Below, one piece after another: positions 1 through 9,982 of a DNA stretch of 58,225 bases (positions are counted from its first letter, which is position 1; the number at the start of each line of letters is the position of its first letter). Under the pieces are notes generated by a model that saw only the letters and a program-made list of their open reading frames with translations, had not been told where the DNA came from and searched no databases. The DNA comes from a virus. Its lineage: Duplodnaviria; Caudoviricetes. Where the stretch lies: positions 1 to 58,225 of the IMG/VR virus record IMGVR_UViG_3300025173_000082; one strand, given 5' to 3'. Made by a program: the position numbers and the translations under genes.

Positions 1-285
1 CCCCATGCGCCCCCCCACGCCGGATTTCTCAATCCACTCGTCCACCGTCGCCTTTGCGGGCGACTTCTTGAGATTGTTCATCAAGGCAAAGTCCTTGACG
101 GTTTGGACCACGCTCATGAGCGTCGCCTCCAGCGATTCCACGCGAAGCGCACCACCACCCGATAATTGGCTCAGGTCGGTGCCGTAGCCCGCCGTAATCG
201 CCTTAAAAAAATCTTCCCAATTCTGATAGTGCTCAGAGCCGGGAACCTGCGGAATTCCCCCCCCAAACGTCACGGCTGGATTCAT
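1..285 (-). CDS. Major capsid protein, N-terminal part (Herelleviridae/SPO1-Twort-type), runs off the window
   Basis: Hand translation from ATG at 285: MNPAVTFGGG...FFKAITAGYGTDLSQLSGGGALRVESLEATL...SPAKATVDEW. Resembles the K-S/A-x-x-x-GYG...GALR-x-E-x-L N-terminus of Twort/SPO1-like capsids. GAAGGAG RBS; follows protease and scaffold. Confidence 0.8.
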   Translation of the reverse strand, partial: MNPAVTFGGGIPQVPGSEHYQNWEDFFKAITAGYGTDLSQLSGGGALRVESLEATLMSVVQTVKDFALMNNLKKSPAKATVDEWIEKSGVGGRMG

Positions 286-349
286 GTCGCGCTCTCCTTC
301 CTCTGCGTGATGCGCCCCCCGGCGCGTGATCCCTACTCAGGCACAATAG

Positions 350-411
350 GCGTGTGAGGCGGGCCGGTAGGGAGTCCGGCTCTTCAGGTCGCGCACCCTA
401 GCCCCACACGC
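350..411 (-). other. Structured intergenic element (three-stem fold) in the capsid leader
   Basis: Outer stem GCGTGTGGGGC/GCCTCACACGC enclosing GCCGG-N8-CCGGC and a small GGT/ACC hairpin. Confidence 0.5.
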
Positions 412-441
412 ACAGCCCATAATATTAAGGGCTGCGAATAA

Positions 442-1206
442 TTAGTTTAACAGCGATGCATACTGTCCCGGCACAGGCAGTCCTCGATTCACGCTGTACT
501 CGATTTCCCGCACCGCCGAGGGCATGAGCTTGCCTTGCGCGGACAGGTCCACCGCCTTCGCCAGCACCGCCTCCGCCGTCTGCTTCGGCATGGCGACCTC
601 GCCGCCCCCCACGGACTTATTCATCATGGACACCACGCTCTTGCGTCCACGGGGTTGCAGGCCCCAGGTCCCCAACTCTTCGATGAGAGCCTTGATGAGC
701 GTGCCCTGGGTATGCACCGCCTTGGCGAGCACCATCACGCCTGTATCTTGTGCCCCCACGCTCTTTGTGACTTGCGTGGCGAGCGCGGCGACCTCGGTGC
801 GGATCGCTTCGATAGCGGCCAGACCATCCACGACTTCGTGCTGGACGCCATCAATCTCCACAGTCCCGGTCGGGAGGCTCTTGCCCAGCATCGCGGGCTC
901 TTCCTCGTCCTGATCGGCAGCGGGCGGCAATGCCTTCTTCTTTTTCTTGGCCTGTTCACCCAGCTTGGCCTCGAACTCATCCCGCTCTTCGTCGTCCTCA
1001 TCATCCGGGGCACCCTCCGACGCCGACGCCATGGCTCCACCACCACCACGCGCCTTGATGAAGGATTCCAACTCGGCAAAACTATCCTGATAGTCCTTGC
1101 TCAACGCCTCCAGCGCCGCATTTCCATTCCATGATTTCTCGCCAGGAGACGTGATCGCCGCCCCCACCGCCTTCGCCAGCGTTGCCATGCCATTACCGTG
1201 TTGCAT
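442..1206 (-). CDS. Putative capsid scaffolding protein
   Basis: Lies between protease and capsid; acidic and helical; repeated L-x-K-A/S motifs; AAAGGAG RBS before ATG at 1206. Confidence 0.65.
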   Translation of the reverse strand: MQHGNGMATLAKAVGAAITSPGEKSWNGNAALEALSKDYQDSFAELESFIKARGGGGAMASASEGAPDDEDDEERDEFEAKLGEQAKKKKKALPPAADQDEEEPAMLGKSLPTGTVEIDGVQHEVVDGLAAIEAIRTEVAALATQVTKSVGAQDTGVMVLAKAVHTQGTLIKALIEELGTWGLQPRGRKSVVSMMNKSVGGGEVAMPKQTAEAVLAKAVDLSAQGKLMPSAVREIEYSVNRGLPVPGQYASLLN

Positions 1207-2110
1207 ACACTCGCTCCTTTCGTTGTGCGGTCTCCGCCATAAAGGAGCGGACGTGCTGAATCGCCTCGTCCTGTGACATCCCTTGCGTGGACACCAAATA
1301 CCCCACCATCCCATCAGCCATACTCGGCTGACTCTTGATGGCCCCGGCTTTCAGGGCACGCCAGAGCCGTTGTCCCACCGTCATGTCTTTGAGCCGCGCA
1401 TCCAATGATTCCGCCCGCAGCGCGGCCCCGCCCTCCAGGGTCGCCAGGTCCGTGCCATACCCCGCTGTGATTGCCTTCTCGACTGACTCGTATTGCAAAG
1501 TTGACCCCGCCCCGATCCAGGATTTTGCGAAGGTGCCGAGCGGCATGATGGACACGCCAGGCACGGTCTGGTTCACCGGTTCGCGGCTAAACCCGATGTT
1601 GTTCCAATAGACGCGCTGAATCGCTTTGACCGGCGCGGATTCGCCCTTGGGGAGAATGAGCCCGGCGTTGCGGACGTGGCCACCGACGCTCGGATACCAG
1701 GACATCGGAGGGGTGAGCTTGGTGAGCGAGTCCCAAAACTCGTTCGCGCATTTCGCGGGTTCGCCCTCGCCTTGATAGATCAGTCCTTTCACAAACGTAT
1801 GGTTCGCCTCGAAGCTGACATCTAACGGTTTGCCGATCTCAAAGAGGCGCGGATTGGAAAACCCCTTCTGGTAGCCAATGATCGAAAGATGATCGAGGTC
1901 GAAATTGCCCTTCGCCAGAAAGTAGTCACGGGATTCCTTCAGCGCCTCTCGCAGCACCCGTTCCCCGTCCAGGTCAGTCGCTTCGTTCGACGGCTCACAA
2001 AAGATCATCCGTTGTCCGGCCTCCATCTTTGGCGTCGCCTTGAGGACACACGGCAGCGGGAGACAGATTTCAGTTTCCAGGGTGGCGTGCATAGAGTCAC
2101 TGATTACCAT
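1193..2110 (-). CDS. Prohead maturation protease
   Basis: SNEATDLDGERV, GNFDLDH, PSVGG motifs; C-terminal KAITAGYGTD...GGAALRAESL; start codon uncertain. Confidence 0.75.
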   Translation of the reverse strand: MVISDSMHATLETEICLPLPCVLKATPKMEAGQRMIFCEPSNEATDLDGERVLREALKESRDYFLAKGNFDLDHLSIIGYQKGFSNPRLFEIGKPLDVSFEANHTFVKGLIYQGEGEPAKCANEFWDSLTKLTPPMSWYPSVGGHVRNAGLILPKGESAPVKAIQRVYWNNIGFSREPVNQTVPGVSIMPLGTFAKSWIGAGSTLQYESVEKAITAGYGTDLATLEGGAALRAESLDARLKDMTVGQRLWRALKAGAIKSQPSMADGMVGYLVSTQGMSQDEAIQHVRSFMAETAQRKERVYATR

Positions 2111-2204
2111 GCCGCCTGGCAGGATGGAGGACGGTTCGGACGAGTCGGGCGGCACGGGACAAGAAACTATTTCGGATTGAAAGGAAATAATTAGCATCCC
2201 CCTA

Positions 2205-2233
2205 TTGACAACTGCTAGTTGTCATGCTATCCT
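2205..2233 (+). promoter_or_regulatory. Sigma70-type promoter with overlapping palindromic operator
   Basis: TTGACA-17-TATCCT with extended -10 TG; palindrome TGACAACT-gct-AGTTGTCA; extra TGACAAC half-site at 2244. Confidence 0.8.
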
Positions 2234-2277
2234 GCTATCAGGATGACAACACGCACACTCAACCGAAGGAGGACACG

Positions 2278-2466
2278 ATGAACGGATTATTGACCCACTG
2301 CGGCGCACAGCACGTTTCGATGGCAGACTTGGCGACCTTGCCCGATCCCGCGCCGATGGGCCGGTTCCACAAGCCGGTCCGCCACGACGAGTTCGTGGCG
2401 GCGCTCCTGCAACGCCTCACGGCGGCAGGTTACCGGACCGAGCGGCACAGAATTGACAACCCATAA
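2278..2466 (+). pseudogene. Probable truncated DUF932-like gene (N-terminus only)
   Basis: GGAGG RBS; LLTHCGAQHVS...PDP...HKPVRH resembles DUF932-family N-termini; stops after 62 aa. Confidence 0.45.
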
Positions 2467-2505
2467 TTTGGGCATGGCTTCGGCCCCGCCCCATGGAGGT
2501 ACAGG

Positions 2506-2778
2506 ATGGGACAAGTGATCGTTGACTTGACGCAGATACGCAAGGGCACCAAGACGAGGCCCGGTGCCGTGATCGGATTCTGCCCGGAGTGTGGGCGCAA
2601 GGGCGAGATGAGCCGCGACGAGATGTACGGCATCACGAAGAGCATCACGATCATCCATACCGTGTCGCGGGTATGGGGCTTCAATGTCGTGGATCGGTGC
2701 TGGTCAGAGACCCCGATGCCCAACGTGAGAGCAGAGGGCGACGCGGCCCCATCCGAAGGAGGATACCCCCATGCCTAA
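2506..2778 (+). CDS. Small hypothetical protein (CPEC motif)
   Basis: GGAGG RBS; operon context. Confidence 0.6.
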   Translation: MGQVIVDLTQIRKGTKTRPGAVIGFCPECGRKGEMSRDEMYGITKSITIIHTVSRVWGFNVVDRCWSETPMPNVRAEGDAAPSEGGYPHA

Positions 2779-3007
2779 CCCTAACATGACACTAAACGAG
2801 TACGCCGCGCTCTATGAGGGATTGCTGTGCCGCTGGGACGCCGCGCCGCTGTCGGGCGTGGTGAGCCACTACGATCATGACGGCGGCGATCTGGTCGCAG
2901 GGTTTGCAATGCCCCAATGGATTTCGATGCCGTGCTCTAAGTGTGGCTACGAATGGGGTCTGCGTAAGATCGAGATTCTGAAAGGAGCATACTTGTGCCA
3001 AGAATGA
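2771..3007 (+). CDS. Small hypothetical protein (CSKC motif)
   Basis: GGAGG RBS; overlaps upstream gene. Confidence 0.6.
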   Translation: MPNPNMTLNEYAALYEGLLCRWDAAPLSGVVSHYDHDGGDLVAGFAMPQWISMPCSKCGYEWGLRKIEILKGAYLCQE

Positions 3008-3174
3008 AGCAGAAAATAGACGCGCAGACACATCCCGGTCTGCGCCACACGAAGGTACTGGTGTATCTCACGGCAAATCAGGCGGAGGCTCTTCGCACAC
3101 GGGCCTATACGGATAGGCTCTCGAAGAGCGAGATTGTGCGGCAGGCCCTCGACTCCTACATCGGGACTCGTTAG
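2995..3174 (+). CDS. RHH (CopG/Arc-like) regulator; not in ORF track
   Basis: Hand translation (V)PRMKQK...KVLVYLTANQAEALRTRAYTDRLSKSEIVRQALDSYI; AAAGGAG RBS. Confidence 0.75.
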   Translation: MPRMKQKIDAQTHPGLRHTKVLVYLTANQAEALRTRAYTDRLSKSEIVRQALDSYIGTR

Positions 3175-3212
3175 TCAGCGAATTGCTTTAGTCGAAAACT
3201 CCGATTGAAAAA

Positions 3213-3518
3213 ATGAGCGCAACGGATATGGGTGCCCCTCAAAAGTCCGCACTGGAACGAGCCCATGAATTGCAACCGCTCACGCAGGAACAATTCGATG
3301 CTACCCCTAAGGACACTATAAGGGACAATCTCAACCTAATGGTGCGAACCATGGATGAATATATGCTCCGGCGAGCGGCTGCGCTTCAAGCTACAGGCGC
3401 ACTCACCACAGAAGAGGAGAGCGAGATTTTCTCGTACATCCAAAGCGGCAACGCGAATGCGTTGCCCGACCGCTATTGGAACTTGCTCTTCCCGTCTGGC
3501 GATGGGAAAATCGGGTAG
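3213..3518 (+). CDS. Hypothetical protein
   Basis: Protein-like 101-aa ORF in the plus-strand cassette. Confidence 0.5.
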   Translation: MSATDMGAPQKSALERAHELQPLTQEQFDATPKDTIRDNLNLMVRTMDEYMLRRAAALQATGALTTEEESEIFSYIQSGNANALPDRYWNLLFPSGDGKIG

Positions 3519-3577
3519 TGCCCACATACGGCGACTGGGCGGGAGTTGGGGCCTGTGCCAACAGAAGGAGAATATCT

Positions 3578-3766
3578 ATGCGACACCTACTCATCGGGCT
3601 CTTGTTAGGCGTGGTGCTCACGTCGGCCTTTCCCGTGACCGCCACGAGCCCCGCACAGGAAGCAGCCGACCGGATCAGGCAGGCCGACCAGGACTATCAG
3701 CGGGGGATTGAGCAGCGAGAGCGCCAACGGGCTCGTCAGGAGGAACGCGCTCGGAAGCCGTGCTAG
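3578..3766 (+). CDS. Small exported protein
   Basis: GAAGGAG RBS; signal peptide MRHLLIGLLLGVVLTSAF; charged helical tail. Confidence 0.6.
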   Translation: MRHLLIGLLLGVVLTSAFPVTATSPAQEAADRIRQADQDYQRGIEQRERQRARQEERARKPC

Positions 3767-4013
3767 ACGCAGGCTCCGGCGTGGTCTCCCCCTGAAGATC
3801 GTGCTCGACGGCCCTGCCCTCCTGTTCCGCGTACTGGAGAATGTCCGCGTCCGTCAGGCCGAGCTTATCCTTGATGATCCGCTCGGTAATCAGGTTTCTC
3901 GATTGCAGGATCAGTATTCGTGACCAGAGTTGATCCGTGAGCGTCGCGTGATCCCGCATCGTCCGTCGCACGTCACGGAGTTGTATCGCCAATTGTTCGC
4001 GTGTCGGTGTCAT
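3675..4013 (-). CDS. Hypothetical protein
   Basis: ATGA coupling to the upstream gene. Confidence 0.55.
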   Translation of the reverse strand: MTPTREQLAIQLRDVRRTMRDHATLTDQLWSRILILQSRNLITERIIKDKLGLTDADILQYAEQEGRAVEHDLQGETTPEPASSTASERVPPDEPVGALAAQSPADSPGRPA

Positions 4014-4363
4014 GTGCCCTCCCTAGAGTGAGTTACCCTTCCTTGTACCAGATCACAGGACCGCCGTTGCAGGAGCAAGCGTCGGTACTCGTCCGCATCC
4101 TCGTCAGTCAGCGTCCCCTGGTGCGCCAGCGCCTCCAGCCGATGCTGGACACGTTGACGCATCACCTCAGCCGACTGGCCGATCAGCCTCCCGGACGCTT
4201 CCGCCTGCTGGATGGCCGCTTCAATGTCAGCCAAGCCATGCCGGAGTGCGGCCCGACTGTGATAGACGGACTGCCCCTCCTGTGTGGCGGAGTCCGCTGA
4301 GGGCTGAGGTTCAGGCTCCGCGCGAGAGTCCGTTGTAGACGGCAGCGAGTCCGGTGTCATCAA
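4010..4363 (-). CDS. Hypothetical helical protein
   Basis: Overlaps the end of the giant helicase gene; operon continuity. Confidence 0.55.
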   Translation of the reverse strand: MMTPDSLPSTTDSRAEPEPQPSADSATQEGQSVYHSRAALRHGLADIEAAIQQAEASGRLIGQSAEVMRQRVQHRLEALAHQGTLTDEDADEYRRLLLQRRSCDLVQGRVTHSREGT

Positions 4364-7300
4364 GTCCCTCGTAAGGCGATGTGAGCAGGTGTCTGAGCCC
4401 GGACTTCCGTTCGATCCGGGCCTTCTTCTTGCGATCCAGGTACGTGTCGGTCTGGAGCGTCACCACATCTACGTCATGGGTCTGTCCCAGCCGGTGAATC
4501 CGGCCCGTGCGCTGATACCAGGTCTTCGCGGTGTGTGGCAGATCGTAGTGGATCACGGCCTGTCCCCGCTGGAGATTGGCCCCGACCGCACCCGCGTCCG
4601 AGAGGATCATCACGTCCGCTGTCGGGGCCTGTCCCTCCAAGCCCTGAAACGCCGCCTTCTTCCGCGCCTTGTGCGTCCCACTGTCCTTTCCCGTCAGCGT
4701 CGCCACGCGATGCCCGGCCTGCGTCAAGGCCCGTTCCAAGTGCGCGACGGCCTCCAAGTGGTGCGCGAAGATCAGCACCGGCTTGCCCGCTTTCTTGTAG
4801 GCGTCCATGCGCGACAGCACGGTCTGCGTCTTGGCGTTCGTGCCTGCCTCGGTGAGGTTCAGCACCCGCTCCAGCGCCGTATCACGGAGGATGCCGAGAT
4901 TGTTCTGAAGATGCCGGGCAATGGCCTCCTGCGTCCGCCCCGCCTGCCGCTCGAAGCTCGACGGACTCAACGCCTGGACCGCTGCCACATCCACCGTGCC
5001 CGCCGCCCGTGCCCGCCGCGCACGCTGGTAGGCGTCCATCATGCCCGCATAGGCCCCGCGCTGTTCCGGCGAGAGCGGCACGGTGACATCCTGCTTGTGC
5101 GCCTGTACCCCCGGATCAATCCTGCCGGGATAGATGTACCGGCGCATTTCCCGGCGGAGCGCCTCTTGTGCAGCATCGGTATTGACGCCGTATTTCGCCA
5201 AAAACGCCCCGCGATCCGCGTACCGTGCCGGGTCCATCTTCTTCAGTTGATCGTGCAACTCCGACACGTCATTCTTGATCGGGTCAGCGGATGCGGACAC
5301 GTAGTAAAGCGTGTCCGCACTCAGCGCGTCCAACACGCCCGCGAGAAGGCTATCCGGCTTGCCCTTCCGATTCAGCGCGTCGTGGGCCTCATCCACATTC
5401 AGGTATTGCCAGGCGATCCCGGCTTTTTCCAGCGCCGAGCGGAGCACCGCCCGACGGCTGGCAGGCGGCGCGGCCATGAACTTCGCTCCAGCCTCGTCCT
5501 CGGACCAGCCGTGATGCGCCGCCATGATCTTGACCAGATCATCCCGCAGGGCTTGGTGCGTCACGACCGCAAAGTGGTTCGACTGGTTCTTGTACGCCGC
5601 CAGGCGGGTGTCGAAATCGGCTCCCGGCTGAGCAAACCACTGATACTTCCCCGGCTCCATCATGTTTGCCGCTTCCGCGCCGAATTGATCCTGGACGATG
5701 GACGGCACGGCAAAGATGCCGTGTTCGACCTTGCCCTGTTTGTGCAAATGCGTGAACGCTCCCAGCGATATTGAGGTTTTCCCGCTACCAGTCCCCTGGG
5801 CCAGCACCACCCGTTTCGTATGCTCCAGCATCTTGATCGCCCGCTGCTTGTTGATGAACCGCCCGTCCATGCCCATGTCAGGGGCCAGCTTCACAGGCCG
5901 TTTCGGGTCAAAGTTCCGGGCCACCTGCGGGAGCATCGCCGCAAGCTGATTCTCCACCGTCCGTCCCAGCGTGTACCGCTCATCCTTCGCGGGTCCCTGT
6001 GCCGGATTCGGCCCCGTCTCCGCAAAGAACATGCTCCGCTGGTTTTGATCGGCAATGGCCGCCATCTCCCGTGTCCGGGCCAGCTTATCCTTCACGCTCC
6101 CTGTCGCGTATTTGCCCTCTATCCGATTGCGCAGCGCGTCCACCAATTGCCGTTCCTGCTCCAAGCGGGCTTCGCGGGCGTCCGGGTCCACCGCATCCAA
6201 ATGGGCGAGGTTCCCGCTCAACACCGTGCGCCCGATCTTGAGCGGGGTCTTTGTGAGCCGTCCATACACGTCGGCAAAGTCCTTCACCAAGTCGCTCTTG
6301 AGCACGTCCTGCACGGCAGCATAGGCTCGTGCCCGCCCACGATGGAGCGCCACATACTTGTCCCACGTCAGCCCGGTTTCCCGCGCTCGCTCAAGAATGG
6401 CCTGCCGCTGACCGTGCCACTCACGCCACGCCGGATTCTCCTGCACCCCAAAGAGACCGTCCGATTCCTTCGCCGGTTCCGGTCCCAAGCTCGCCATGTC
6501 CTCCTGTGTCGCCGTAGCCTCTTCCGGGTTGGCAAAGCGGCGCTCAAACGTGTCCCGCAGGAGGTCTTGATCGCCCCGCGTGAGGTCGCCCACATTGCGA
6601 AAGGCCACCATGCGTCGGGGGTCCTTGGCGAGCGCCCGGTGCAGCGCCTCAAAGGAGTCCGGCGAATCCATGGTGATCCGCTGGGCATGGAGCGGCGCGG
6701 CGTCCGGGCCGTAGCGCTCTCGCACAAATCGCTCTGCCATCGCTTCAAAGGCGGCAGCATGGCTCTCTGCCAGGACGGCCTGTCCCTGCTCATTTCTGAG
6801 CGGCGCCACGGTGTCAAGGGCGGCAAAATAGGCGTCCTGCTGATCGTCAGGGACAGCCTGCAAGACGGCATCGGACAAGAGCGACGAGTAGATGCTGGCA
6901 ATCGGTTCCCCATCCGCCATCCGCGACCCGATATAATCCTGAAGGTCGGCCACATGATCCCCGGTTGAAGCATAGGACTTGGCGAACGCAAGGGCTTGCT
7001 CCGTGGGGTCGGTAAAGGTCGTCAGCGGGCGCCGGACAAACCCATGCGGGAGCCAGCCGTCTTCATCGTACCGCCCCGCCAGTATGTCCGCCGTCTTCTG
7101 CATGTGGGCCGTGTCCGCCGGGTCTATCCGCTGCGTAAGTGCGCCGATTCCAGAGTCGCGCACGGTCAGGTAGCGATTGGTCCCATCGGAGTCAATCTGA
7201 TAGTCGTGAGCGGCCAGTCCTAACGCCCGTGCCTGCTGGACGGCCGTGGCCGGCGAGATCGGACCCAAGGAGACTTGTATCTGCTGGACGGGCGGACTCT

Positions 7301-9665
7301 TCAGCGCAACCTCCAGCGCCGCCGTCGCCTCCATCTCTCCCAGCGTCGTGCCCAGTACGGCCCGCGCCTCCCGGAGGAGGTCCAGGCGATGCTCGTTCAA
7401 TTCTTGGGCCAGCGCCAGGTCGGACGGGTGATCCGCTGGCCCCAGCGCGATTTCCGCCGCCTGATCCCGGAAGTCCTGCGCTTGCCGGAGCGCTTCCTTC
7501 GCCGCCTCCTGATGATGCTCGCTGTGAAAGGTTTCCAAGGCCGTCGCCATCCGCGCCACTTCGGCTGGGGCCAAGTCCCGGTGCATGGCATAGGCCAGCG
7601 CCCTCGCGGCCCCGGCAATGCCCATCACGTCCACCGTGTCGCGGGGGAGCACATCCTGTCCGGTCAACACCTGGCAGGCTTTCGTCAGGGCCGTGGCGCC
7701 GCCCACGGCCAAATGTCGCCGCAGAGTCTTGGCCTGCTCGGTCGCCGTGAGGACTTCCGTAGGGTCGCGCTCGACTTCGTTGAGAAAGGACACCGAGAGG
7801 TCTTGGCGCTCACGGTCCGCCGCGTCCCGCTCCAGTTCCGCCAGAATTTCCCCGGCCCCGACTGGCGTGGCTTCCAGCACCATCGCCTTGCCGACCGGCT
7901 CGATCTGCCCGCTCCGAATCTGCGCGGTCTTCTTTCGCGCATCGGCTTGCGCCGCCTTGAGCTGCTTCGCCTCTGCGAGGAGTGCCGTCACCTGACTGAT
8001 CGGCACCGGCTGTGTGCGCCGGTCGGCGGTCCGCAGGGTTCCGTTCGTCTCCGCCATCTGCACTTCCGCTCGCGCACGGGCCATGGCCGCGCCCATCCGC
8101 TCCGTCATGGCACCCGCGCCCGGTGGCAGATCGGCCTGCTGCCGGGCCTGAATGTCCGCGACCTCTGACTCCAACTCCTCGTCGGTCAAGCCGTGCTCTT
8201 CAGCCTTCCGTCCGTACTCTGGGGCAAAACCGAGTCCCCGCTCTTCTAATGGGTCCGGGCGTAGATCGGTCAGCCCGATCACCGCCTGGGCGCGCTGAAA
8301 CAAGGGCATGTCCCCCAGCCCCGCAGCCGTCCGCATCTCCGCATCCATCAGGAGTCGGTCCCGCGTCTGCTGCACCACCGCCATCGCCTCCCGCAACAGT
8401 CGGCGATGATGCCTGGAGGCGGCCAGCTTTTGCCCGGTGTCGCTGAGATGCGAGAGTTGGTCTGGGCGGAGATCGTACTCCTGCCATCCCATCAACTGCC
8501 CGACACGATCTATCAGGCCACGCTCCTGCCGCTGCCGGGCGTCACGGAGTCGGTTCGTCGCCGTCGTCTTCGACTCATAGGTGCCCGCCTCTTTGTCGGC
8601 GAGCGCCTGCGCCTTGTCCGCCTCGCGCTTCGCCTTGGCCTTCTCGCGGGATTGTGCCTGATAGTCCGCGTCCGACTTGACCCCCGTGAGCCGCAGATAG
8701 TTCAGCTTGCCCGCCGCTCCGCCCACCACATGCCATGTCCCAGGCGAGCCCTTCGACTCACGAATCATCACGTGTTGCCCCTCCGAGCCAGCGCCGTGCG
8801 GATGCACCGTGATCCAGCGTGTCCCGACGATATTCCCCTTGCGGAACAACGGCCCCCACAAGGCCGACCAGAGGGCCTTGAGGATACGCGGCCTGTCTTT
8901 CGTGGCGGTGAGCTTGACCGTGAACTCCGCCATCGGCATGGCCGTCATGGAGCCGCAAAACCGCATGTCCGTATAGTGCGCGAAGTAGGCGTTGAGCGCG
9001 TCCAAGTCTGAGGCAAATCCGAGCATCGCCTTGTCTTCATCGTAGGACAGAAAATCCGGCGGAGCCATTTGATGCACGATGTAGGCGTGCGAAGCGTGGC
9101 GCTCCGGGCCGAGGAAGCAATCCACATGATCTCCGTCCATGCCCTGCGAGAGCCGGAGATAGCCGTAGGGGTATTGCATCGTGGTTGCGCCGGTCTTGCC
9201 AGTGCGGTCCCGCCAGCGCCGGATGCTGCCCGCCCGGTTCTCAATCGTGATCGGTAGCCCCTGGAACTCGGTCTTGTAGTCAATCGGATGCCCGCCGCCG
9301 GAGATGCCCTTCACCATGGCGTAGGCTTCGTCTGGCTCCGGCAATTCCTCCAAGCCGATATGGGTCTTGAGGACCAGCGTGGAGACCGTCTCTCCATCCG
9401 TCCGCACGTCCTGGCGTATCCTGGCCTTGAGGATGGCATCCCCAGGTACACATACGCCTCCGGTTCGTTCCTCTTCCCCGCATATCCGGCAACGAGGATG
9501 ACCATTCTTGAAAGTCCATTCCGCTGGGTGAAACTTGTGTTCGCGCCGTGCCTCCTGAGACTGGGCACGCTCGCGGATCAGTTTCGATTCTTCCTCATAG
9601 GTGACGGACTTTCTGAGGTGCTGACGGATGCGGGCCGTGGCGAAGAGAAGCAGTGATCGGATCAT
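4311..9665 (-). CDS. Giant polyvalent protein: inorganic-pyrophosphatase-like domain + SNF2-like SF2 helicase
   Basis: FQGLPITIEN..GS.R...TMQYPYGY....GMDGDHVDCFLGP (InPase-like); QGTGSGKT, VDEAH, GANLQ, QRTGRIHRLGQ; start MIRSLLLF by ATGA overlap. Confidence 0.8.
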   Translation of the reverse strand: MIRSLLLFATARIRQHLRKSVTYEEESKLIRERAQSQEARREHKFHPAEWTFKNGHPRCRICGEEERTGGVCVPGDAILKARIRQDVRTDGETVSTLVLKTHIGLEELPEPDEAYAMVKGISGGGHPIDYKTEFQGLPITIENRAGSIRRWRDRTGKTGATTMQYPYGYLRLSQGMDGDHVDCFLGPERHASHAYIVHQMAPPDFLSYDEDKAMLGFASDLDALNAYFAHYTDMRFCGSMTAMPMAEFTVKLTATKDRPRILKALWSALWGPLFRKGNIVGTRWITVHPHGAGSEGQHVMIRESKGSPGTWHVVGGAAGKLNYLRLTGVKSDADYQAQSREKAKAKREADKAQALADKEAGTYESKTTATNRLRDARQRQERGLIDRVGQLMGWQEYDLRPDQLSHLSDTGQKLAASRHHRRLLREAMAVVQQTRDRLLMDAEMRTAAGLGDMPLFQRAQAVIGLTDLRPDPLEERGLGFAPEYGRKAEEHGLTDEELESEVADIQARQQADLPPGAGAMTERMGAAMARARAEVQMAETNGTLRTADRRTQPVPISQVTALLAEAKQLKAAQADARKKTAQIRSGQIEPVGKAMVLEATPVGAGEILAELERDAADRERQDLSVSFLNEVERDPTEVLTATEQAKTLRRHLAVGGATALTKACQVLTGQDVLPRDTVDVMGIAGAARALAYAMHRDLAPAEVARMATALETFHSEHHQEAAKEALRQAQDFRDQAAEIALGPADHPSDLALAQELNEHRLDLLREARAVLGTTLGEMEATAALEVALKSPPVQQIQVSLGPISPATAVQQARALGLAAHDYQIDSDGTNRYLTVRDSGIGALTQRIDPADTAHMQKTADILAGRYDEDGWLPHGFVRRPLTTFTDPTEQALAFAKSYASTGDHVADLQDYIGSRMADGEPIASIYSSLLSDAVLQAVPDDQQDAYFAALDTVAPLRNEQGQAVLAESHAAAFEAMAERFVRERYGPDAAPLHAQRITMDSPDSFEALHRALAKDPRRMVAFRNVGDLTRGDQDLLRDTFERRFANPEEATATQEDMASLGPEPAKESDGLFGVQENPAWREWHGQRQAILERARETGLTWDKYVALHRGRARAYAAVQDVLKSDLVKDFADVYGRLTKTPLKIGRTVLSGNLAHLDAVDPDAREARLEQERQLVDALRNRIEGKYATGSVKDKLARTREMAAIADQNQRSMFFAETGPNPAQGPAKDERYTLGRTVENQLAAMLPQVARNFDPKRPVKLAPDMGMDGRFINKQRAIKMLEHTKRVVLAQGTGSGKTSISLGAFTHLHKQGKVEHGIFAVPSIVQDQFGAEAANMMEPGKYQWFAQPGADFDTRLAAYKNQSNHFAVVTHQALRDDLVKIMAAHHGWSEDEAGAKFMAAPPASRRAVLRSALEKAGIAWQYLNVDEAHDALNRKGKPDSLLAGVLDALSADTLYYVSASADPIKNDVSELHDQLKKMDPARYADRGAFLAKYGVNTDAAQEALRREMRRYIYPGRIDPGVQAHKQDVTVPLSPEQRGAYAGMMDAYQRARRARAAGTVDVAAVQALSPSSFERQAGRTQEAIARHLQNNLGILRDTALERVLNLTEAGTNAKTQTVLSRMDAYKKAGKPVLIFAHHLEAVAHLERALTQAGHRVATLTGKDSGTHKARKKAAFQGLEGQAPTADVMILSDAGAVGANLQRGQAVIHYDLPHTAKTWYQRTGRIHRLGQTHDVDVVTLQTDTYLDRKKKARIERKSGLRHLLTSPYEGLDDTGLAAVYNGLSRGA

Positions 9666-9847
9666 GCCGGGTACAGACACTCCTCGCAGACGTAGTCCTC
9701 CGTGACGGTGTGCCCGTGGTCCGGCTCGCCCGATTGCAGATCGGCCACCGACACCAGCCCGACCGCCTTCTGGACGAAGGTGCATTGCGACTCGATCCCG
9801 GCCTTGATCTCGATCTTCGCTCCGCATTTCTCACATCGTTTTGTCAT
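9662..9847 (-). CDS. Small Zn-ribbon protein
   Basis: CEKC...CEEC; coupled to the downstream gene. Confidence 0.55.
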   Translation of the reverse strand: MTKRCEKCGAKIEIKAGIESQCTFVQKAVGLVSVADLQSGEPDHGHTVTEDYVCEECLYPA

Positions 9848-9982
9848 GGGAGCCGCCTTCTTAACAGCTTCATCGCGCCTGTGGCATTGTGTCTCTGGTG
9901 GCGCAGCCCCATTGAAGCGAGGAGCGAACTGCGGCATTCGTGTCGTAGGTTCTCAGTAACGATTCCGCGCCACCACCCCACA

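Noticed and set aside
9666-9827. Longer start for the 1838-aa ORF
   Set aside because: Overlaps the Zn-ribbon gene; the ATGA-coupled start at 9665 carries the shared N-terminal motif.
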